DNA from: Octopus vulgaris
Taxonomy: Eukaryota
Direction: 5' to 3'
DNA: 64,000 nt
NCBI GenBank assembly: GCA_951406725.2
Contig: OX597835.1
Location: forward strand, 25,420,001 to 25,484,000
The stretch's first letter is position 1, and every line of letters starts with the position of its first letter. Positions 27,539-39,035 of the stretch are shown piece after piece. Below the pieces are notes generated by a model. The model was not told the origin of the DNA. It saw only the letters and a program-made list of their open reading frames with translations, and made no database searches. The position numbers and the translations under genes are program-made.

Positions 27539-28505
27539 TCATCATTTAATGTCTGTTGTCCATGCTGGCATGGGTTGGACAGTTTGACCAGAGCTGGCAA
27601 TCTAGGGAGCTGCACCAGGTTCCAGTCTGATTTGGCATGGTTTCTACAGCTGGGTGCCCTTCCATATGCCAACCACTTTACAGTGTGTTGGGCGATTTTA
27701 TGTGGCACCGCACAGGTGCTTTATGTGTATAAACCCACTAAGGTGATATATAGGGACAAATCCCAATGATAGTTTGTTAGTGTCTTGTGTTATATATATC
27801 TGAGCATGTTGGTTCTTGTTTCATTTTTCTGTCCAGCCTTCTCTCCTTTATAGCAATAGTAAGATTATATTATTTTTCCCAAACAGTTCTGTCTACATTC
27901 AACTTTAAATTTTGAATTCTTTAAGAGTTCTGTTGTCAGTTTTGGCTGACTTAGGAGGGAAAACTAAGAAGTTATAAGTTTTGTCCAAAGATGTGGCACT
28001 ATTAGTTGTGATTTAACCCTGTGCTGGCCTGCTGCAGCAGACCTATGATCAGAAGTGTTCCAGCCAGTTTAACACAACCACCTTGTTCTTGGGGTGTTTC
28101 GGCAGAATCTACTAGCAGAAGTAGTGGGGGAGCATTATAGCCATGTGTTGAAAGGAATTCTTTGGGGTTTAAATAATTCACCTCTGGAAACATAGGTGTT
28201 TTGTTCAACATCCTTAAACAACCCTTATTCAGGGACCTTTTAGGTGGGATGAACTACTTGACCAGAAGAAAATTCTAGCTGGGCCCCCACCTGCAAGGTC
28301 ATGTGCTGTTCATCTTGAGAGGAGACCACCATGTCGCGCACATATGGTTGTGATGCATGTGCCTGATGTACCCGTATCAGATGAGTAGTCATGATGGGTA
28401 TATTAGGCTTTGTATATTTGAACCCCAGTGTCACTTTGGTGGCATGCATTACTCTTTCATTCAATAATAATAATAATAATAATAATGATGTTGTTTTTGT
28501 TTCAG

Positions 28506-28796
28506 ATAAGACAATAAAATTGTGGAAGGTGACAGAACGCGATAAGCGACCGGAAGGTTACAACCTGAAAGATGAAGGTGGTCTGTCTCGGGACTCCACC
28601 AACATCACAGCTTTACGTGTCCCAGTATTCAAACCTATGGAGCTGTTAGTGGAGGCGAGTCCGCGGCGTATTTTTGCTAATGCTCACACTTATCACATCA
28701 ATTCCATTTCTGTCAACAGTGATCAGGAGACTTATTTATCAGCTGATGACCTTAGGATCAATTTATGGCATTTAGAAGTAACTGATCAAAGTTTCA
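28506..28796 (+). CDS. PPP2R2: PP2A B55 exon (DKTIKLWKV...[39 protein letters not shown])
   Basis: B55 signature motifs; tttcAG acceptor; phase 1 continuity (G+AT = D); U12-type donor GTATCCTTT follows. Confidence 0.95.
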
Positions 28797-30087
28797 GTAT
28801 CCTTTATTATGTTGTTATATTGTTATAATACTCTTGGCAGAATTCTGTTTTCAGCACAGCACCCCATGTAATCTCTCAAATTTTCTGTTTCTTTTTGTTT
28901 TGGAATTTTCAGAAATTTTTTTGCAAATTTGTATTTTGCACACAGGAATTCATACAACTATGGGTGGGGAAAAGGATAGTTTAAAATATGAACAGTCTGA
29001 ATTTTTTTGCTCAAATCCCAGTAAATAGCCATTTTAGCAGTTCAGCAAAGAAAGACCGATAGAATAAGAACCAGGCTTTAACCTTCAGCATTTAAACTGG
29101 TCATATCCGGCCCGAATATGCTACCAGTTTTATGTTCAAACTAGCCAGATCCAGCCCATCACACCTACCCTTCAATGCCATTCTTAATATATACAATCAT
29201 GTTATCAAAATTTTGAAGCTACAAGTTAATGCATGATTAATTAAAAACAATGTGAATGAAAATGTTTGAATTCATAATCTGAATGCTAAAGGTTTAAATG
29301 AATAAATAAACAAAATACTGGGGTTGAATTCTTTGACCAAACAGATCAAATCTGGCCATGATCTTCTTGGCATAAACAACACTATCCAAAATGTCAAGTG
29401 TTCACTGTCCTCTACCAGATCTTCCTCTTTAGGGTTCTGTAGAGGGCTAGTGATGGGAAACAGTGGTGACATTTTTAGAAACCCTGGATAATCATAGATT
29501 AAATTCTCTAAACTAGCAGACCTGAAACTCTGAACTGGCAGTTCAGAATCAAATTATGTACCAGTTATGTGCTGAGGGCGATATCAACTTCCCCTTTTCC
29601 TTAAAAAAAAGATTTTTTTTTTTTAAAGGGAAGAAAAAAATGTTGGTCCTGTGTCAAAATTTGAAGGCAGTGAGCTAGTAGAATTGTTAGTATATTAGAC
29701 AAAATGCTTAGTGACAGTTCTTCCTTTCTGAGTTCAAATTTCACTGAGGTTGAATTTGCTGTTCATCCTTTCAGGGTTGATAAAATAAGTACCAGTTGAA
29801 GACTGGAATCGAGGCAATCAACCTATCCCTCTCCCAAAATTGCTGGCCTTGTGCTGAAATTTGAAATCATTATCACCACCATTATTATCATCATTTTACT
29901 TCTCAGATCTCTCAATTTTTAATTGCTTTGGTTAATTCTGTGAGAGCAGACAGCATCTGGTTGTGTCATTTCTTGTTTTATTTATATATGTGTGTTTTCT
30001 CTTTCTGAATATTAAATGAAATGTCAACATAAAAAAGAAAATCTACTTCAACAACAACAACAAAAACCGTCCTTAACAAATGCTCAG
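28797..30087 (+). other. U12-type (minor spliceosome) GT-AG intron
   Basis: 5' splice site GTATCCTTT; branch site TCCTTAAC at 30070-30077, 8 nt before AG (30086-30087); no polypyrimidine tract. Splicing restores [11 protein letters not shown]. Confidence 0.92.
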
Positions 30088-30252
30088 ATATTGTTGATAT
30101 CAAACCTGCTAATATGGAGGAGTTGACAGAAGTTATAACTGCAGCTGAATTCCACCCAACAGAATGCAGTCTATTTGTATATAGCAGTAGTAAAGGAACT
30201 ATCAGATTATGTGATATGAGGGCACAAGCCTTGTGTGACCGACATGCAAAAC
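30088..30252 (+). CDS. PPP2R2: PP2A B55 exon ([24 protein letters not shown]...LCDRHAK)
   Basis: Conserved B55 sequence; donor C|GTATGT. Confidence 0.95.
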
Positions 30253-33200
30253 GTATGTGTCTCTGCTTATTTTTCTTTCATTGTTCATATTACGCATTCT
30301 ATGTATTTTCTCTCATTGTTTTGTTCGTTGTAGTCCCACTATCCTATGTACATTGTTTCTGAGTCCCTGGACATTTGCTGTGTCCAGTGAACAAATATAT
30401 TAGGCTGTAAGTCTGACATGTAACGCCACAGTTATCTGGCTCTTGGTTTGTTGGCTCAACTCTTTAGCGTTTAAACTGGCCATATCCAGCCAAAATTTTC
30501 CATTTGTTTTATGTTCAAACTGATCAGATCCAGACTCTCACACATACCCTACAATTATTCTACATTAATCAATCACATCATTGAAATCTCAAGGATACAA
30601 GATAATGCATGATTAATTCAAAACAATGCTGATAAATAAGCATTACGTTTAATAGCATTTAAACTGGCCATATCCAGCCCAACTGTTCATTGTCTCTACC
30701 TTACAATGTCATTCATTGTCTCTACCTTACAATGTCATTCTAAAAGTAAACAACTACATCATTTGAAATCTTGAAGCTACAAGATAATGCATGCTTAAAT
30801 CAAAACAAGTGTGAATAAATAAAGCATAACATTTGACAGAATCATCAGAGTAATCTGAATGCTAAAGGGTTAATGTGCTACTTGGTTTAACACCATCTTT
30901 GTTCTTGGGTTTTTAGTTTGGCTGGCAGACCTTAATATACTGTTCGATTTAACACCAATGCTAAGTTCTTAGGGGATGGGCTGATCATGGGCGCCTTGTT
31001 TAACACTGAGTCCCTGGGTTGTAAGCTGAGCATGCTAACTGATTTTACACCTCTTTTTTTTTGTGGGGTGGAGGGTCTTTGGTTTTAGTGGTAGCCCTAA
31101 CATAGTATCTAGTTTAACCCTTTAGTATTCATACCAGCCATATCCAGCCCAAATATTCTGTGTTATGTTCAAACTGGTCAGATCCAGCCTCTTGCACCTA
31201 CCCTACAATGTTATTCTAAAAGTAAACACTAACATCATTGAAACCCCCCCAAACCATGAGATAATACCTGATTAATTCAAAGTAGTGTGAATAAATAAGC
31301 ATTACATTTGGCAGAATGCCAAATCTGAATGTCAGAGTTAACACTACCCAGTTTAACATAGTACCTAGCGATCTAGTCCTTGGGTTGCAAATCTGAACAT
31401 AGTCCTCTTGTTTAATACCAGTACCAAGTCCTTTGATGGTAAACTGAATATACTACCTGCTTTAACACCCCATCAAGTCCTTGGGTAGCAAGCTAAACCT
31501 GCTATCTGGCTTAACACAGCTATTTGGTCCTTGAATCATAGATCTAGCATCTCCTCTACACCCACCCCCACACCTCCACAAGATGTGTTTATGATGTTGC
31601 AGCAATTATTTAACTTATACAATTAGTTTCCATTCAACTCGTATCTTACTTTCTTGCAATTGTTGTTCAAGTTGATTATTAGCAATAAAAATCCCATTAT
31701 GTGGCAGGGAGAACCCACAGGGGTCAGAGACTCTGCTGTGATTCTTTGCTTAACCCAGATAAAATATTCTTTTCATCAGTTTTATTTATTTATTTATTTT
31801 TTGGTGACTATGGTAAGACCACAAGAACATCTAGGTGGGGGGAGGGGTGTCAATAAATTAATTAAAAAAAAATCAATAATAATTATCTATATATGTCCAA
31901 CACCATAGAGTTCTGGTACTGGCAAACTTTATTACCAATGTAAAAATGTAAAGAGTAAAGACCTCCTTCGGTCATGAATGACCATGGGATTACACCAAGA
32001 AAGTTCCCCTCCAAGTCTGGGCAAGGTTGGTTATGGAAGACCAGCAGTCACCCATGCATACCAGCCTCCCCTCTCCATGCCACCGATGTTATCCAAGGGA
32101 AAGGCAAAGGGGCTGATACAGCTTGGCACCAGTGACATTGCAACTCATTTCTACGGCTGAATGAACTGGAGCAATGTGAAATAAAGTGCCTTGCTCAAGA
32201 ACACAAAAGATGGCCCGGTCTGGGAATTGAACTCACCACCTCATTATTGTGAGTCCAATGTTCTAACCACCGAGCCATGCGTAGCAGTCAGTAAATATTT
32301 AGGTTGATATAATTGACTGTATCCTTAAAGTGCTGTGCTCCAGTGTGGCCACAGTCCAGTGAATGAAATTAGTAAAAGGAAAATAAATAAAAGAAATGCA
32401 CTTGAAAATTACGGCTGCCACTCCTTCCTCCACGCTTCTTCGCTCCAGAGGCATATGAACTATGTAAATGAATCCTTGGCTCCAGAATTTCATCTTACAA
32501 TGGGAACTTTCAACTTACTTAAAAATATTGATTGCATAATTGTTAATTATTTAAATTGGAACTAAATGTCTAACCCACTTGTGTTCACCTCTAGTTAATT
32601 AACTGAAGTGAATTGAATTGATTAGAAATATGATAATCTTGCTCTGGCAGCAACTCCGCAAACGATCAGTGTTTCAGTGTCGTTAATTAATGAGATAACA
32701 TTAAGGTAAGTTGTGTGAGGCATTTGGAAGTTATGGAAATTAAAACCGAACCTGTTTGAACTTGGCGGAATCGGTTCAGATGAGGAGTAAAGATATCTGA
32801 TGAAATCTGTGAGAAAATAGAATTTTTTGCATGCGAATAACTTGTCGTAGGTGCAGGTGTGGCTGTGCGGTAAGAAGTTTGCTTCCCAAACACATGGTTC
32901 TGGGTTCAGTCCCACAGTGAGTGTCTTCTGTTATAAGCTCTAAGCCAACAAAAGCCTTGCAAGTGAATTTGGTGGACAGAAACTGAAAGAAGCCTTGTTG
33001 TGTGTTAACGTGTGTGCATGCATGCGTGCATTAGTGTGTGCTTGTATCTCCCTGTCTTGACATTGAATGATAGTTGTAAATGACAGTCACAGACAGACAT
33101 GGTCCTCTCCTAAATGAACATTCTAGGTTGGATGCCCTCTCTCTACTTTGCGTATTTCTCAACCGAAGTGTACACACGCGCACACACAAATTGTTATCAG

Positions 33201-33691
33201 TAGTGGCTCTTTACCTTGGAGTTTCAATGATACATTGAGGTAAAGAGTCACCATTGATAACAGATATTATTTTGACTCCACCGTGTTGTGTCTTTGATTC
33301 AGTAAATGTTTATTTAGTGTACCTAAGTACGCAAACCTGTAACACACACACAAGCTTTGAAGCTGATAACTTTACTGAAATTATCAGCTCCAAAAATAAA
33401 CCCGGCATGACATTGAATACTTTTATCTCTTACTTGTCTATTAAAATTTGTTTCTGTGTGTGTGTGCAATGCATATATCTTGTACTTGTTTCAATCATTA
33501 GATAATGGCCATGCTGGAGCATCACCTTGAAGAATCTTAGTCAAGTGAATTAAACCCAGTTCTAATTTTTTAAAACTTGGTACTTATTCTGTCGGCCCCT
33601 TTTACCAAACTGCTAAGTTATGGGGATGTAAACACACCAACACCATTTGGCAAGTTGTGGTAGTGGGCAACAAGCACACACACACACACAC

Positions 33692-33805
33692 GTTATAATT
33701 TAGAACAAACAGTAAAAAGTTCTCGTTATAGTACTCAGAGTTTTGAATGCCGGAGCGGAGAGCTACAATACATTCTTGTGGGATACATTTGTTCTAAATT
33801 ATAAC
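33692..33805. mobile_element. Small MITE-like insert with 18-bp terminal inverted repeats
   Basis: GTTATAATTTAGAACAAA ... TTTGTTCTAAATTATAAC, sitting inside a SINE microsatellite. Confidence 0.5.
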
Positions 33806-33859
33806 ATAAAAATAATCTTGTATTTATCTGATATTGTGGTCTCCTTTTTTTGTTACTTC

Positions 33860-33890
<31 letters not shown>

Positions 33891-34524
33891 AATACACACA
33901 CATGCGCGCGATGGGCCTCTTTCAGTTTCTGTCTATCAAATCTACTCACGTGGCTTTGGTCAGCTGAAGGCTATAGCAGAAGATACTTGTTCAAGTTGCC
34001 ATGCAGTGAGACTGAACCTGGGACTATATAGTTGGGAAATAAACTTCTTACCACACAGCCATACACTTATATGAACACACTTCTGCAAAAGCATTGAAAA
34101 ACTGTATGGAGGTTCTGGTAGCTAATAGCCAATAAAATGTATGAATGTCATATCTTACCTCTTTCTGTAGTCTATGAAGCTGAGATTCCTATTAGATCGG
34201 GTTAAAAACCCAGTTTGGTATTACCCAAGTCCAAATCCTGTCTTAATAAGATTTAGCTGTATTCTGATTTCTTCAGATCTCCTCCTCCTCTGCCTTTCCC
34301 CATGTGTACTCTACCCCTTTGTGAGAAGTTCTGTCCGAACCGTTTTGGCACCACAGATTTGACCCTTACTTATTTGATAGACGTTTTGATGTTCCTCTTA
34401 ATGTTTTAATGTATGTTTGTGTGTGTGTGTGTGTGTGTGCGTATGTACATAAACAGAATAAAAGTGTAAACAGGTAATCAAGGGGTATCAAGTCAGGTAT
34501 GTGTGTATGTATATTTCTCCTTAT

Positions 34525-35065
34525 CTTCATCATCGTTTAATGCCCGCTTTCCATGCTGGCATGGGTTGTCCCAGGCTCCAATCTGATCTGGCAAGGTTTC
34601 TACAGCTGGATGCCCTTCCTAATGCCAACCACCATGAGAGTGTAGTGGGTGCCTTTTACATGCCACCAGCACGAGAGCCAATCAGGCAGTACTGGCATCA
34701 ATCACGCTTGAATGGTGCTTTTTATGTGCTGCTGGCACAGGAGCCAGTCAAGCGGTATTGGCAATGGACCTATGCTCAAATGGTACTTTTTACGTGCCAC
34801 TAACCCAGGAGCCAGTCAGGCAGCACAGGCAATGACCCGCACTCAAATGGTGCTTTTTACGTACTACTACATAGGAGCCAGTCAGGCGGCACTGGCATCG
34901 ACGTCACTCGAATGGAGCTTTTTATGTACCACTGCACAGGAGCCAGTCAGGCAGCACTGGCAACGACCCGCACTCAAATGGTGCTTATTATGTACCACTG
35001 GCACAGGAGCCAGTCATGCGGCACAGTTGCCAGTCAGACGGTGCTGGCATTGGCCACGACAATGA
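34525..35065 (-). repeat. RTE-tail repeat with an expanded internal tandem array (~65 bp unit)
   Basis: Repeated ATGGTGCTTTTTA(C/T)GT...CAGGAGCCAGTCAGGC units. Confidence 0.7.
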
Positions 35066-35504
35066 CTTCAAGAAGTGATATTAATCATGTTCAGTACTAG
35101 GGTTGATTCGTTCGACTAAAAATTCCTCAGGGTGGTGCCCCAGCATGGCTGCTGTCTAATGACTGAAACGGGTAAAAGATAAAAAAAAAAAAAAAAATTA
35201 ATAAATTGTAATGCCTCCTCCTCTCTATCTAGATGTGTATATTTCTGCACAAGTGTTTGTGTCTCCAGTGTCAAAACACTTGCCAAAACCGGTTGACTGT
35301 CCAGTTGGCCATACCAAATCATTACCCTTCAAACAGCATCTCCCAATTATCTCATTCCTAAAGAACATACACTTCCCTGCAATTTCTATTTTTTTTCAAA
35401 TTTTGTTTCTTTTTTGTTTGAATATGTTCCAATATGTTTTAAAAAAAAATCAGCTCATTTATATTAAACCTTTTTTTTCTTTTCCTTTTTCTGCTTGTTT
35501 TCAG

Positions 35505-35766
35505 TATTTGAAGAACCAGAAGATCCAACAAACCGAAGCTTTTTCTCAGAAATCATCTCTAGTATATCAGATGTAAAGTTTAGTCATAACGGCCGATACA
35601 TGATAACGAGAGATTATCTGTCTGTAAAAGTTTGGGATTTGCAGATGGATTCCCGGCCGATAGAAACTTATCAAGTGCACGAATACCTCCGCAATAAGCT
35701 TTGCTCACTATATGAAAATGACTGTATATTTGATAAATTTGAATGTGCTTGGAGTGGAGGTGACCG
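35505..35766 (+). CDS. PPP2R2: PP2A B55 exon ([27 protein letters not shown]...[20 protein letters not shown])
   Basis: Conserved B55 motifs; polypyrimidine tract plus tcAG acceptor; CG|GTAAGT donor. Confidence 0.95.
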
Positions 35767-35809
35767 GTAAGTCTTTCTGTTATTTCTGAAAGTCTTTATT
35801 ATTATTATT

Positions 35810-36640
35810 AAGGCATAAGGTGGCAAGCTGGCAGAATTGTTAGCATGCCGGGCGAAATGTCTAGCGATATTTCATCTGCCGCAATGTTCTGAGTTCAAAT
35901 TCTGCCGTGGTCGACTTTTGTGTTTCATCCTTTCAGGCTCGATAAATTAAGTACCAGTTGTGTACTGAAATCAGTCTAATCAACTGGCCCCCTCCCCACC
36001 AAAAAATTTCAGGCCTTGTGCCTATAGCAGAAAGAATTATTATTATTATTATCAAGGCATAAGGCGGCAAGCTGGCAGAATTGTTAGCACACCAAGCAAA
36101 ATGCTTAGCAGTATTTCGTCTGCCGCTACATTCTGAGTTCAAATTCTGCCAAGGTCGACTTTGCCTTTCATCCCTTTGGGGTTGATTAAATAAGTACCAG
36201 TTACGCATTGGAGTTGATGTAAACTGACTTAATCCCATCCCTCAAATTTGAAGCCTTGTGCTTCCAGTAGAAAGGATTATTATTATCAGGGTAGCAAGCT
36301 GGCAGAATCACTGTCGCCATGCTGGAGCACCACCTTTAATCGATCGAGCAAATCGACGCATGCTGAGCAAAATGCTTACTGGCATCACCATCACCGCCAC
36401 CACCATCACCACTACAATCATCATCATTGAAACTAGCAGAATTGTTAGCACGCTGGGCGAATTGCTTAGCTGCATTTCATATGTATGTCTTTGTTTTTGA
36501 GCTCAAATTCCACTGGGGTTAACTTTCCCTTTCATCATCTCGGGGTTTATGAATTCAGTACCAGTCAAGCACTGGGGGAGTTGATGTGATCGCCCCCCCC
36601 CCTCCACAACAAATTTCAAGCTATGGTAGGAAGGATTATT
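35810..36640 (+). mobile_element. Head-to-tail cluster of family B SINE copies
   Basis: Repeated GCAAGCTGGCAGAATTGTTAGCA...GAGTTCAAATTC units separated by (ATT)n tails. Confidence 0.7.
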
Positions 36641-36810
36641 GTTGTTGTTATTAGAGCTGACACACACACACATATATATATATATATATGGTTGTGTTTG
36701 TCCCCCACCGCCATCACTTGGCAACTGATGTTGGTGTGTTTATGCCTCCATAACTCCAGCAAAAGAGACCGATAGAATAAGTACTAGGCTTACAAGGAAT
36801 AAGTCCTGGG

Positions 36811-37239
36811 CAAGGCTAAATTAAGACCTGTCAAGGCCCTGAGTACTTAAAAGATTTTGGCACCCCTATAAAAGACAATGTAATTCAAAAGATAAACAAT
36901 AACAAACCATAAAATAAATTTTTATTTTTCAAAATGAAACAAAACAAAACAAGAGGGAAAATAATGTTTATTTTTGCGTACTTCTACTTTATTTATATTT
37001 GAAAAGTTTCCTCCTACTTTTTTGAATTGCAAAGTCTTTGATCAGATCCTCAAAATTAACCTTAGGTAACACATCTGCATCTATACTTAGCAGAGATAAA
37101 GGCATCCCGAATATTATTTTAGCAAGTTTAAAGTGATTTCTTTAGTGGCGTAAACCATTTACCATTTCTGTGCTAACCGCTCCTTCCCCTTGATGTCCTA
37201 AGCATGTGCTTATTTTGCTTAATGGTTAATCCAGTGCTG
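36811..37239 (-). mobile_element. Non-autonomous hAT deletion derivative
   Basis: Perfect 8-bp TSD GTCCTGGG (36803-36810 and 37240-37247); CA...TG termini; internal minus-strand LSLLSIDADVLPKVNFEDLIKDFAIQKSRR, resembling a hAT transposase C-terminus. Confidence 0.75.
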
Positions 37240-37264
37240 GTCCTGGGGTCTTTTTTTTTTGTTT

Positions 37265-37840
37265 CGTTTTGTTGTTGTTAGCATGGTTTGGACAGTTTGA
37301 CAGGTCTGAGAAGCCAGGACGCTGCACCAGGCTCCGGTCTGATCTGGCAGTGTTTCTACAGTTGGATGTCCTTCCTAATGCCAACCACTCCATGAGTGTA
37401 ATGGGTGCTTTTTACATGCCACCAGCACAGGGACTAGAGGCTGCTGGCAAACGGCCACGATCGGTTGGTGTTTTTTACGTGTCACTGGCACGGATGCCAG
37501 TCAAGGCGGCGCTGGCATCGGCCGTGTTCGGATGGTGCTTTTTATGTGTCACCAACACAGGTATCTTAACTACAATTCCCATTTGATTTTTATTTTGATG
37601 TTGGTGTTGACGTACTTGACTCAATAGGTCTCCTCAAATACAGCAGGTCACCCTACAATCCAAGGTTAGCACAGCAGGCCGTCCTGCAAGCCATGAACAC
37701 ACTTCATTTGTCGGGTCTACGCAGTCGCAACATATCTCAGAGGTCTCGGTCTTTCACCATTGCCTCTGTGAGGCCCAACGTGCCACCGGCACGGGTATCA
37801 CAACAACATTATCCATTCGATTTTTATTTTGATGTTGGTG
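37265..37840 (-). mobile_element. 3' end of RTE-type LINE, inverted copy of 2690-3183
   Basis: Reverse-complement similarity to 2690-3183, including a GLTEAMVKDRDL-like ORF2 end. Confidence 0.6.
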
Positions 37841-37883
37841 TATAAAAAGTATACATACTTTTTTTTTTCTCTCTCTTCCACAG

Positions 37884-38160
37884 GTACATTATGACTGGTT
37901 CTTACAACAATTTCTTTCGCATGTTCGACAGAGAAACTAAACGTGATATAACTTTAGAGGCTTGCCGTGAAAATATGAGAACAAGGACTATATTAAAACC
38001 TAGGAAAGTTTGTACTGGCAGCAAGCGTAAGAAAGACGAAATAAGCGTCGACTGTTTAGACTTTAGCAAAAAGATTCTTCACACAGCCTGGCATCCTTTG
38101 GAAAACATTCTGGCTGTAGCTGCTACTAATAATTTGTATATTTTCCACAGTAAAGATTAG
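37884..38160 (+). CDS. PPP2R2: PP2A B55 last coding exon ([16 protein letters not shown]...[29 protein letters not shown])
   Basis: Conserved B55 C-terminus; cacAG acceptor; TAG stop at 38158-38160. Confidence 0.95.
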
Positions 38161-38724
38161 CAATTAGTGCTATTTTTTAGTAGGATTTTTTCCCTTTTTT
38201 TTTCCTCTCCCTCTCTTTCCTCTGTCATAATTTTTTTTCTCTTTCTCTCTCCCTCTCTCTTTCTCTCTCCAAATTGAGACAATTTTGAACTGCCAAACCA
38301 GCCAGCAACTCGATTTTGTCTTTTTCTGATTGACGAAATAGTGGAATTATTAAGATAAAAAAAAAAAAAAAGAAAAAGAAACAAACCAAAAAAAAAAAAA
38401 AAAAAACAACCCAAAAAAAGCACTCACACACACACATGTACACAAAAAAATATGGTAAAAAAAAAATGAAAAATGAAAGAAGAAAAAAGACAAAACAAAG
38501 GAAAAAACCAGACAAAAACAAATTTAAAAAAAAAAGGAACCCCTCCTCTCCGAAAAAAAAAAGATAAAAGAATGAAATAAATAATGAAAGGAACCAACCC
38601 TCTCCTCTTCCCCACCCGAAACTGCTATAAGTTGTCCAGCAGAGAGAATATGTGTGTTTGGGGGAGGATTTAGTCGTATTTCTTATTATATGCATCTTGT
38701 ATGTATGTCACCAAATAACTTATT

Positions 38725-39035
38725 ATACTATATATATGTATATATATATGTGTATATATGTGTATATATATGTGTATATATGTATATATATGTGTATATA
38801 TGTGTATGTATGTATGTATGTATGTATATATATATGTGTATGTATGTATGTATATATATATATGTGTGTATGTATGTATGTATGTATATATATATATGTG
38901 TATGTATGTATGTATATATGTATGTATGTATGTATGTATATATGTATGTATGTATGTATATATGTATGTATATATGTATCTATGTATGTATATATATATG
39001 TATGTATATGTATGTATGTATATATGTATATACAC
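38725..39035. repeat. Compound (TA)n/(TATG)n microsatellite in the putative 3' UTR
   Basis: Seen directly in the sequence. Confidence 0.9.
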
